A DNA stretch of 63,272 nt, filler included, from Octopus bimaculoides (Eukaryota), in the NCBI RefSeq assembly GCF_001194135.2. It is 9 parts of 7 records of this genome, joined end to end, with 100 filler letters (N's around TTAATTAATTAA, not from the genome) between each part and the next. Parts side by side here need not be neighbours in the genome. Positions count along the whole stretch, not along the records: positions 20,929 to 28,590 come from NC_069004.1; positions 28,691 to 35,546 come from NC_068995.1; 7 more parts are not named here. One strand, given 5' to 3'. The position numbers and the translations under genes are program-made. Of this stretch, positions 24,209 through 35,646 are shown one piece after another. Below the pieces are notes generated by a model, which saw nothing but the letters and a program-made list of their open reading frames with translations, was not told the DNA's origin and searched no databases. The stretch's first letter is position 1, and each line of letters starts with the position of its first letter.

Positions 24209-24798
24209 NNNNNNNNNNNNNNNNNNNNNNNNNNNNNNNNNNNNNNNNNNNNNNNNNNNNNNNNNNNNNNNNNNNNNNNNNNNNNNNNNNNNNNNNNNNN
24301 NNNNNNNNNNNNNNNNNNNNNNNNNNNNNNNNNNNNNNNNNNNNNNNNNNNNNNNNNNNNNNNNNNNNNNNNNNNNNNNNNNNNNNNNNNNNNNNNNNNN
24401 NNNNNNNNNNNNNNNNNNNNNNNNNNNNNNNNNNNNNNNNNNNNNNNNNNNNNNNNNNNNNNNNNNNNNNNNNNNNNNNNNNNNNNNNNNNNNNNNNNNN
24501 NNNNNNNNNNNNNNNNNNNNNNNNNNNNNNNNNNNNNNNNNNNNNNNNNNNNNNNNNNNNNNNNNNNNNNNNNNNNNNNNNNNNNNNNNNNNNNNNNNNN
24601 NNNNNNNNNNNNNNNNNNNNNNNNNNNNNNNNNNNNNNNNNNNNNNNNNNNNNNNNNNNNNNNNNNNNNNNNNNNNNNNNNNNNNNNNNNNNNNNNNNNN
24701 NNNNNNNNNNNNNNNNNNNNNNNNNNNNNNNNNNNNNNNNNNNNNNNNNNNNNNNNNNNNNNNNNNNNNNNNNNNNNNNNNNNNNNNNNNNNNNNNNN

Positions 24799-24839
<41 letters not shown>

Positions 24840-25454
24840 AATACATCAAGGTACTTACAAGAGAGGTTACTGGAATATATACACACGCGATGCGGTCCCC
24901 GTAAATATTTAACCGATTCATAAATATACAAATGGTCGGACACATTCTCCGAGCTATAAATATTTTAAAAGTCTCTGTATTCAACTTGGACGTTGTAGAA
25001 CGTCTGTATATGGTTCAATGCTCTGCATGTGTGTAGGCGTGTATGTATTTGTAAGTGTGTATGCATGTTTATGTGTATACATATGTGTTAAACGCAGGAA
25101 AATCAATGATAGTATTTATAAACACTCGTCGTTCATGTTATGGTTACGTTTCATGAACGAAGTGAGGCCCTGGAGTAGTTCCGCTACGCGCGCGCACACG
25201 CACGCACACACACACACGCACACACACACATATATACGCATACATACTGGAGTTATGCACATACATACATACATACATACATGCATACATACATGCATAC
25301 AAACACATATATGTACATAGATGTTTATGTACATACGTAAATATATATACACACAGCATACACACACATACACAGACATTGTGCACACACAGTCGCAATA
25401 TACATATATACATACACATATACACACAACAGACATTCACAATCACGGCGTATA

Positions 25455-25491
<37 letters not shown>

Positions 25492-25764
25492 AGAAGCACG
25501 TAAACGCATAGTCGAATCAGTCACATTCCCACAGATACACATACACTTACACACATGCACACATTCGCACACAGACACACTATACACACTGGCAGCCGAC
25601 GCACACACACACACACACACGGACAAACGCGGTCAGCACTCGAGAGAGGCGCTCGCGCACGCGCACACACATACGGACACTCACACACATACAGCACACA
25701 CAGGCACATACAGCACACATACTGATACACACACAGAGGCAAGAGGAAACAGGCGACACAGCAC

Positions 25765-25806
<42 letters not shown>

Positions 25807-25823
25807 GACNNNNNNNNNNGCAC

Positions 25824-25865
<42 letters not shown>

Positions 25866-26055
25866 GACGCAGCAAAGGCAGGCACCGTATACAGACTCAC
25901 CCATCCACACACATCGAACATGCGTACGCACTCACGCGCCTGCACACACGCATAGGTTAGACTCTTCCTCATTCAGAGCTCTTCGCGAAACACATTTACG
26001 CATACTATAATCTCATGTTACAAATTGTACACATATATCCAAACACATAGTACAC

Positions 26056-26101
<46 letters not shown>

Positions 26102-26607
26102 AATAAATGCTTCATACACATCTGCACACAACAGCTACACATCTATATATTGTGTCAACAGATATTTAAACACCACAGGCGCACACATTCGAAATATATT
26201 TACACTATATACAAATCCAGCGGTGCAAAAAGCGTGTATACATATCTTACTGTATTTGCACATCTACACCCTCAAGTGGCACTTCTACACGCGCTAGCAA
26301 TATATATACACGTAACATACGTATTTGCAGACAATACATTGTATACACACGTCCATATATATATNNNNNNNNNNNNNNNNNNNNNNNNNNNNNNNNNNNN
26401 NNNNNNNNNNNNNNNNNNNNNNNNNNNNNNNNNNNNNNNNNNNNNNNNNNNNNNNNNNNNNNNNNNNNNNNNNNNNNNNNNNNNNNNNNNNNNNNNNNNN
26501 NNNNNNNNNNNNNNNNNNNNNNNNNNNNNNNNNNNNNNNNNNNNNNNNNNNNNNNNNNNNNNNNNATATATATAAATACATACATACATACACACACACA
26601 CGCATAC

Positions 26608-26670
26608 GGTGGGCTTCTTACAGTTTCCTTCTACCAAATTCACTCACAAGGCATTGGTTGGTCCGAGGCT
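26608..26670 (-). mobile_element. SINE family B fragment
   Basis: CGGTGGGCTTCTTACAGTTTCCTTCTACCAAATTCACTCACAAGGC. Confidence 0.65.
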
Positions 26671-26805
26671 AAAATAATTAGCAGTTGAGAACTGATGTCG
26701 ATGTAATCAAGAGTGCTGGCATTGTGCCAAAATTTGAAATCGATATTCCGTTGGGAAGAGTAATAAAGTTCACTTGTGATGAAAATAAGGATATAAACAT
26801 TTATG

Positions 26806-26940
26806 TTTATGTGTTGCGGTTCGACAAAAAAAAAAACACCGATAGAATAAGTACCAAGTTTATAAAAAGTACTGGGGTTGATTCGTTCGAAGCCTCAGTA
26901 TGACCGTAGTTCAATGACCGAAACAAGTAAAAGATAAAAG
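26806..26940 (+). mobile_element. SINE family B-like 3' fragment
   Basis: GCGGTTCGACAAAA..ACCGATAGAATAAGTACC...GACCGAAACAAGTAAAAG. Confidence 0.65.
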
Positions 26941-27109
26941 ATATATATACATAGATGATTGTAGTTGTATATGTATGTATACATATGTGTGCGTGTATGA
27001 AATTATATATGTATGTATTGTATTTCTGCAAACATATTTTACTTTTACCGTTTTATTTCAGTCTCTCGTCATCTCACTTTTTCCCCCCCATCATAATTAT
27101 GCTCTCATC

Positions 27110-27550
27110 CTAACTGCAATTGTTAGCGTGGTTGCTGGATGTGTTGTACCTTATCAACCTTTCTGCAATTCATCTTTCCACATCAATATTTTAGGCCAAC
27201 TGTACTTCTATGTGCAGTTGCTGGATGTATTGTACCTATCCACCTTCCGTTATTGCACAGCAATATTCTAACTTGTCACTTGTCATTGTTACTGTACTTC
27301 TGTGTGGTTGCTGGATGTATTGTACCTATCTACCGTTTTGTAAATCATCTTTCTACCACAATATTTTAAGCTGTCATCTTAACTGTAGTTCAATGTGTGG
27401 TTGCGGATATATTACACCTATCTACCTTCTGTAATCCATCATTCTATTTTGACTAGAATTCTATTTGTGGTTGCTGGATGTATTGTACTTATCTACATTC
27501 CTGCAACCCGTTTCTTCACCACAATATTTCAACCTGTCACCTTAACAGTA
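27110..27550 (+). repeat. about 88-bp minisatellite, 5 diverged units
   Basis: GTTGCTGGATGT(A/G)TTGTACCT-type motif at about 27131, 27218, 27307, 27400 and 27471. Confidence 0.8.
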
Positions 27551-28360
27551 TCTCTTTCTATGGCCGTTTGAGGGACTTAGCTAACTACCTTCCTGACCAA
27601 CATTTTGACTCTTCTCCTTCATTTCCCGATCAATTTTGGCTCCTCAATGCTCCACACAACCCACTTACTTGGTTATTCTTATTTTATACGTTGCATATTC
27701 ATTCCTGGCGCAACACGCATATCATAGTTTGTGTATTATATACGCTATATATCACGTGTGTATGATTTCCACGCCCGACGCACTTTAACGCATGTACCAC
27801 ATTCTCTTTGCATTATACACTTGTTCATTGCATTTAACATATGCATACAATAAAAAAACGTATTATACTTTCTTGACATACACATATACATGCTTGGCTG
27901 TTTCTATCCCCCACCCATTCAATCCGCCAACTTCAGTTCTATCCCTCATTACCTCATTCTCAAATGAAAGGCCACAGCCACGAAATGTCATTGTACAACC
28001 CTCACGGCAAATAACCTTTATCAATTTTCCGGACCAAATACTTACTGTAGTTTTTGCCGAGACTCACTAGACTAGTGACAAATGTGTATCTAATAACTAG
28101 ATTCAAAATTTCACCCTGGTTTGCTATGGTTTTGAAGCAATACTTTATGATCAAAGATGGAATCTTCTTTTTTATTTAGAAACTGTAGATTGAATCTAAG
28201 TAGCTTAGTGAAACATTTGTTAAAAATGTTAGCAGTTAAGCCACCTCACTACTGCCTGCACTATACAAGTTAGTGGCTCCAGTTATCAGGAACTACTAAA
28301 TTTGGTGTGTATATAAACGAACCGGCTACGTGTCTCTCTGGGTTTGGTCAAGCGATGTAA

Positions 28361-28405
28361 GCATCTCTGATGAGACCCCAATAAGGCTCGAAAATCAGTT
28401 AAGGC
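28361..28405 (+). ncRNA. minimal hammerhead-like motif
   Basis: TCT-CTGATGA-GACCC-CAATAA-GGCTC-GAAA-ATCAGT-TA-AGG. One C:C mismatch in stem II and a short stem I. Lies downstream of a TATATAAA box, as in PLE terminal repeats. Confidence 0.5.
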
Positions 28406-28474
28406 AGTTCATCATTTATTCTATCTAGATGTACATTGAAAGAAGCTCGTCGTATATATATCTATATATATATG

Positions 28475-28590
28475 TGTGTGTGTGTATATATGTTTGTGTG
28501 TCTGTGTTTGTCCCCACCGACATCGTCTGACAACCGATGCTGGTGTGTTTACGTCGCCGTAACCTAACGGTTCGGCAAAAGAGACCGATA
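28475..28590 (+). mobile_element. SINE family B, 3' part
   Basis: GTCCCCACCGACATCG..TGCTGGTGTGTTTACGTC..GCAAAAGAGACCGATA. Confidence 0.75.
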
Positions 28591-28690
28591 NNNNNNNNNN
28601 NNNNNNNNNNNNNNNNNNNNNNNNNNNNNNNNNNTTAATTAATTAANNNNNNNNNNNNNNNNNNNNNNNNNNNNNNNNNNNNNNNNNNNN
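28591..28690. other. artificial scaffold-joining spacer
   Basis: 44 N + TTAATTAATTAA + 44 N. Confidence 0.95.
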
Positions 28691-29084
28691 ATAGAGCAAA
28701 AAAGCCGATGAATTCGTAAGTGCCTTTCTTATCGTTGATTTTTGGTGTCGCATGGCCAAAAATTACCGTGAATTTTTTTAGAGACACTTTCAAATTTATC
28801 AGAATATTTGGGCTGAAGATTGGAATAGTGAAATTTCCATTCACTTAACCATGAAACGATTCGTATCCAATTAACTAAAGGCTTGGTTTGTTTACGCTTT
28901 TCCCTCCGGTTTTTTGTTCTATGTGTGCCATAAATATCGCCATCCACTTTAGAGAAAAATTTGTAGTTTGGAATCAGTAGTTCTTTGACTGATATTTCTA
29001 AATTTTCAGTATGTTGGAGAAGCAACTCAATTGCTAATCCCTGTATATTTATAATGATATATATACATATATACGACAGGCTTC

Positions 29085-29235
29085 TTTGAGTTTCCGTCTA
29101 CCAAATGCACTCACAAGGCTTTAGTCGGCCCGTGGCTATAGCAGAAGACACTTGCCCAAGGTGCCACGCAATTGGAATGAACCTGAGACCCTGTGGTTGG
29201 CAAGCAAGCTACTTACCACGCAGTCACTCCTGTGT
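29085..29235 (-). mobile_element. SINE family B, 5' half
   Basis: Reverse complement of the family B head. Confidence 0.8.
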
Positions 29236-29239
29236 CTAT

Positions 29240-30175
29240 ATATATATATGTGGAGAATTCACAAAAAGACAAAAACAACAAAAGACAGGTTGTGTAGACA
29301 ACAAACAGATGTATTAGTTTAAAGCTCGGGAAGTGAAAAAGTCTTTAACGTTTCGAGCCTGCGCTCTTCAACAGAAAGGAGCACGGAGAGAAACTAGAAG
29401 AGAAAATAAAGAATGTGTAGTGGCTAGCGATCTATCATGGCGAACGCCGGACATCGGGGTCACACAGGAGAGCTAGGAAGAAAGGAAGATAATAAAGTGA
29501 TCTCAAAACGAAGGTGTGCGTTCGTATGCATAAGAAAGTATGCATGTGCGTTTAGGAAGAGGGCTGGTGCCTTGACGTGTGCGAGTGTGTATGTGTAGCT
29601 GTGTAGGTGTGGGCTGGGAAATGGTCAGTGCTAGTGTGTGCGTGGTCGTGTCATGTGATGTGGTGTTGTGTGGTATGGTGGAGTATAGTGTAGTGGTGTT
29701 TAGTGTGGTGTGATGGTGTTGGGAGGTGGGGGCGAAAGTGGGGAAAGCAAGCAAGGTTGTGGGTTAGGCTGAGGGTAAGAGTAGAGGTGGGATATGTCGG
29801 TAGGCTGAGGGTGGAGGTAGAGGTGGATTATGTGGGAGTAGGTGCAAGGGATGAGGTGGGTGGGATGGATAGGGAAAGTGGGTTGTATTGTGTAGGGGTG
29901 GTTGGGGTTACGAGGGAGGGGTGACGATGAAGGGGGAAAGGAGAAGGTTGGTATGAGTGAAGAGAATAGAGAATGAGAGTAGGAGTGAAGAGAAGAAGTA
30001 GGTGTCGAAGCAAGAGAGGAGAGGTGGGTGAGAGGAAGTAGGTATTAGGGCGAGAGGGGAGAGGGAGGAGACTTGAGCCCATGTGACGCAAAGGAGCGAA
30101 GAGAGAAGATTAAATCATCATTCACGGCGCAACCAGGAATCCGGATGGCCCCTGTGCAAGGAGAATCCGAACACA
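29240..30175 (-). mobile_element. 3' portion of a Penelope-like element: GIY-YIG C-terminus, pyrimidine-rich UTR, hammerhead-like motif
   Basis: Minus strand gives SVFGFSLHRGHPDSWLRRE / DLIFSLRSFASHGL (frameshifted), like PLE endonuclease ends (RE..LIF.L.T..P.GLN). Then about 600 nt C/T-rich sequence and CTTT-CTGTTGA-A-GAGC-GCAG-GCTC-GAAA-CG-TT-AAAG at 29343-29378. Confidence 0.65.
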
Positions 30176-31482
30176 GATAGGTTTTGCATGCATGCATACC
30201 TGTATGAATATATATATTGTATACTTATGAATGATAGATCGTATGAAATCCAAACGACAAGAACCTTTTCATAATTCCATATGTTTCTCTTTGGGTTCAA
30301 TCATCACGAGGAGCGAATTTACTTACTCCGAGGGTCATTCCTTAAAACATAAATTACTGAATCAAAATTACTTTGCTCAATTTGTCACATCATTTGACGT
30401 GTATATTGTGATTTCCACATGTATAAGTATGTTTATAACTACTGTTTAAATATTTTTTTTCTTTCTGATATTTCTGCCAATACGTATTTATGTTTACTAT
30501 TTCATACTGAAATCCTGTCAAAGTCTAGAGTAATATTTAACACAATGATGTCATAAAACCCAGATGCCATAGTAGAAAAAACGGCCACATTGTCATCGGT
30601 TGGTTCAGTCTTAAGAGAATCGGAAAAATGCGTTCCGTATATTGAATTTCTGAGTTTGAATGTCAGCAAGAATAAATTTGTTTTCTTCCCTCAGGAGACG
30701 AAAAGGATAAAACATATCTCAGCTACAAATTGCGAGCTTCTGTCTCAGTTAGAAACGATTCTAATTTTACAAATAAAGATATTCTTAAATATTAGTCCTG
30801 TGAATTACATTGTGTGGCTCAGTGGTATCGCGATAATGAACCATATTTTACAAATGGAAAAAATACTCAAATTACTAAAGCTCATAAGATTTAATAATAC
30901 ATTACGTGGACAGATGCAGTTATAGCGTTCATAAATTAATTCATTTTCTTATTTCTCATTATAAACATCAAATAAGGATGAGCCAACTCACTACGTTCAA
31001 ACTTTGGGTGCGCACGTGCACATACTCGCATATGTGTGTGTGTGTGTCTGTGTGTGTGTGTGTGTGTGTGTGTATAAAGAAAGGGAGAAGGATGACTGTG
31101 GGGGGGGGAGAAAGAAGGAACGTGCTTAACCTGTTCTGACCACGTAACTAATCAATTATCCTATGGAGATAAAAATAGTACATATGCTTTTTTCGAGTAG
31201 CAGAAAAAATAGATTTCAGTAGATAATTATAGCAGAAATATCTGCTATTTGCTTCATATCAGAAAACTAATTCATAATTAATGAGGCTTTTTTGCTCATT
31301 ATTTCAGAGTAGTCAATGAAAGACAATGTGAATTAATCCTAGCATGATACTCTTGGCGTATTTTCTACAGATTTCGTACAGGCACACAAATAACTCGTTT
31401 ACAGCAGCCACTGTGGACGCATTTTATACTGTCTTTCTTATTAATGTTTGTGTCTGTGTATGTGTATACATACATACCACTA

Positions 31483-31515
<33 letters not shown>

Positions 31516-33294
31516 AGTAGTGCGTGTGTTATGGTTGTGCCATAACACCAAACCTCATTGTGAATAGTGTGAAAACTGTTAAACTCAGGGAGATAATTAA
31601 GTGAAAAGTAGTGTGAACACTTTTACGGGGCATTTGATTGCATTTATTTTTTGTCTATATTTTATTTGAAAGCAATTATTTATACACTTTTATAACATGG
31701 TTTCTTTTTTCTAGTTTTCACTATCTTCATTTTCACATGCTTTTTATGTGGGAAATTTATTTCCTTCGGGGAAAATATATTGCAATGTTGAACTAATATA
31801 AGGATGACACGCCATTCTACAAAGATAAAATGTGTTTGAGGTCAAATATCCAAAGATCTCCATAAACTATTGTTTAATATCAATGTTGTGTGCTACAATG
31901 CATTATGTTGTGAATTGAAAAAGAAGGAAGGAACGAATGAAAATCGAAAACGAACAAAGTATTAAATTGAAAAAGAGGAAGAAACCATAGATGTATAAAA
32001 AAAAGTAAAGCCAAAACATTAAACTGCGACGATTAAAATGCAGGAAAGCGCAACATTCAACATCCGTAAAGTGTATAATTGTTTTTATTCCTCTCGGTAT
32101 CCAATGGGAATTATTTCGCGAAAGAGTCAGGTGATTATATTAGTGGTATGAATGGATTTTGCTTGTGAAATAATATACATTACAGAAAAAAAAAACAAAA
32201 AACAGAACGGTATAATATTAAATCACGCATATTGCTATGTGTCTGCATATGTGAAAACACCGAGTCAGCCACAGGATTTCCCTGTGTGTTAATATATGTA
32301 CTTGTATTTATATGTGACAGAGCTGATTCAGAATTGTGAATAATAGAGAGTAAAATATGACAATGCATTACAAAACTAACGAGAATTCTCAGTGAGTCTT
32401 CAACATTTATTAACGATGCAAATTTTGATATAAATATGAAAATATGATGTTATCATAGTTGCATAAATGTTACCGAAATGGGATTGCTGACAATGCACCT
32501 TGGTCATAAACGGTATCGGTAATTTTATGTAACACATTTACGCACAGGCTAACACGTATGCATTCGCACAAAATTGTTCGTTCATAGATATACGCATATA
32601 TCATATAGAGATATTTATTCAAATATCTGAAATTGTGTAATTTATTTCGAGATAATTCAGTGTGTATTGAATAATGTCTTCAATGTAGAAGAGAGATGAA
32701 ATTGCAAAGGGAATTTAGAGGGTTATATGGAAAATCTCCTTAACTTGAATACAATTAATATATGTGCTACGATATGAGAGTGGTATACAGGCACAATTTT
32801 GAAATTCATCTCACTCACTATAATAAATACTAAGCATAAAAATGAATTTCAACGAATGTTATCAGTAGTCAGCGGTGATTAAAAGTGGCAACAATTTTGC
32901 TACGATAAAAACATTCCAGTAAACCCGTATATATACACACGTATAAGGGCAACCACACATACACACACACACACACACGCGCAAACACACAGGTGGAAAC
33001 ATATTTACATGTGTGTGCATCGGCGCGTGTATGTGAGTCTCTGCGTGTGTGTCTGATCATTTGAGCGTCTGCGCACTTGTGTGTGACTAGATTTAAAATT
33101 GATTCAATATTAAACGCAATCACGGTTCAAGAAATGTTATAGAAATAACTGTAGACCAAAAACATGATTTGGATAGAAATACGTATTTTAACAAATAAAC
33201 AAACTTAAAATTTGTTATACTGTTCTTCAAAAACTAGTATTATATATACATAATATTGTTAATATTGGTGAGGACCTATACCCATATATGCATA

Positions 33295-33344
<50 letters not shown>

Positions 33345-33420
33345 NNNNNNNNNNTGTGTATGTGTGTGTGTGTGTGTGTGCGTGTGTGTGTGAGTGTGTT
33401 TGTGTGTGTATGTGCGTGTG

Positions 33421-34080
33421 CATAAGTACTAAAATAAAATTGGGATTTATGGAGGTTCAAAGTTATGGATATATTATTTATTATATGATTGAACGCCACG
33501 CATCAGTTTCCTAGTAAGTTTATCTTAACTTTTTGTGATACGACTCTACTCTATATTGTTTTCTCCCCACTCTCTCTCCTTTGCTCTCTCGCGTAGCTCA
33601 CACGTGACCATCGTCCATCTTTCTTCTCCGCACGTGATCATCTTTCTTTTCTTTCAGGAGTTTCCTAGGGACTGGACGTATCCTATCTCTTACATTTTTT
33701 TTCTTGTCAAAGAAAATATTTCTCCAGCGTTCATTATTTTACCCTCATTCTGGTCTAACAACACTCCATGTTTATTTTCGTTCGGTTTCCCTGTATGTCT
33801 ATACTGTCCTGTTTTTGTTCCCAACTTTGAACCTCCATAAATCTGAATTTTATTTTGGTACTTATGGGAGCAACTGTCTTCGAAGACTCATATTGTCGTT
33901 CAATGCCCGAAATGAGGAGTAGATAGACAGCTGACAACTGATGAAGGGTCGTTCTTTGTATTGTTTGTCCTGTCTTCCATTTGCTTCTCTTGCTGTTCGC
34001 GAATTGAACTAATTTGTTTTCGTATTTCATGCTGTTAACTGTTGATGACGTCCTGTACCCATACGTGCATATGTATATAT
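33421..34080 (+). mobile_element. PLE-type terminal repeat remnant with inverted partial copy
   Basis: 42-nt inverted repeat 33421-33462 / 33825-33866 (39 of 42 identical). Hammerhead half-motifs GCCC-GAAA (33905-33912) and CTGATGA-AGGG (33938-33948). Confidence 0.45.
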
Positions 34081-34360
34081 GTATATCTATATATGTGTGT
34101 GAGTGTGTGTGTGTGTTCGCGCGCGTATATGCATATATATGTGCAGATTGTCGCTTCCCTTCCTCTCCCAACACACTTTTATTATATATAACTCTCTCTC
34201 TCTCTCTCTCTGAATATGTATATATGTGTGCGTGTGTGTGTATTTGTAATCAATCAGTTAATCCTGCTACTATTAATGATGATGATGATGATGATCATAA
34301 TAATAATAATAATAATAATACTAATAATGATAATGATAAAAATCATAATGAATAATAATA

Positions 34361-34818
34361 ATTGGAAGTGTTACCATGTACATGCATATATTCTGCTCAA
34401 AACCACAGATTTGCTTGTCAGTTGTTTGACCTTAACCAGTTGAGCATGTCCCTTGGTGGCTGACGATATGTGCACCTCTAATCTCGAGCAGAAGTAAAGA
34501 GGAGCATCATAGTCATGTGTTGAGAGAATTCTTTGGGGTTTGAATAATTTACCCTTGGAAACATGGGTGTTTGTTCATCATCCTTAAAACAAACCTTATT
34601 CTGGGACCTTTTAAGCGGGTGGGCTACTCGACCTGAAGAAAATTCTAACTGGAGGTCATGCGCTGTTTATCTTGATATGAGATCACCATGTCGCGTACAC
34701 ATGGTTGTGATGCATGTGCCTTGCGTACTCTTATCAGACGGGTAGTCATGATGGGTATAAAGGGCTTCGTATATTTTACCCCAGTGCCACTTTGATGGCA
34801 TGCACTGCTCTCTCATTC
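34361..34818 (-). mobile_element. copy of the (ATT)n-bounded repeat
   Basis: Reverse complement of 14108-14600, flanked by (AAT)n on both sides. Confidence 0.78.
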
Positions 34819-34892
<74 letters not shown>

Positions 34893-35285
34893 TAATAATA
34901 ATAATGCATTTTGTGGATGAATTGTTTCAAAGGAATAACAATTGTCTATGAATTTACAAGACATCACAAATGGAAGAAGGAAATTCAAACATATAACCAA
35001 AATAAGTGCAAGAAACAACTTATATATTTGATATCTGATATGTTATGATTCCTTTCATGACTTTATTTGGTGACATGTTTTAGTTCATGCATATTTATAA
35101 AATAGTGTGAATTACCAGTTATTTTGTTGCTATAAAATAGTGACTCCATCATGAAAAATTAACATGAATTATAACGTTACATTCAAACTGAAGAGTATTA
35201 TCAGGTGTTGCATTCAATAAAATAATTAAAGTGAAATCGACATTGATTACAAGAAGATTAATTGAAATTATAACTGTTTGAATTC

Positions 35286-35459
35286 AAGGGACATGCTCAA
35301 CTGGTTAAGATCAAACAACTGACAACCAAATCTGTGGTATTTAGCAGAATATTTGTTGTAGCCCATCTTTTATAACAAGACAAAACAATCTACATGATAA
35401 CACTTCCAATCAATTAAGACCAGAAGCCATGAGAGCCACTACTTGGTACTGCATCCGGA

Positions 35460-35546
<87 letters not shown>
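35286..35546 (+). mobile_element. 3' part of the (ATT)n-bounded repeat plus (ATT)n
   Basis: Matches 14486-14660, followed by (ATT)n. Confidence 0.78.
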
Positions 35547-35646
35547 NNNNNNNNNNNNNNNNNNNNNNNNNNNNNNNNNNNNNNNNNNNNTTAATTAATT
35601 AANNNNNNNNNNNNNNNNNNNNNNNNNNNNNNNNNNNNNNNNNNNN
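35547..35646. other. artificial scaffold-joining spacer
   Basis: 44 N + TTAATTAATTAA + 44 N. Confidence 0.95.

Noticed and set aside
17881-26672. ORFs rich in [12 protein letters not shown], and the FVRS/TNER ORFs at 35591-43029
   Set aside because: Translations of microsatellite and satellite DNA with no domain signal.
27110-27550. CRISPR-like repeat-spacer array
   Set aside because: Spacers are homologous to each other, repeats are degenerate, the context is eukaryotic and no cas genes are present.
28691-29025. Overlapping minus-strand ORFs that look like a frameshifted gene
   Set aside because: No recognisable motif; cannot be assigned without a database search.
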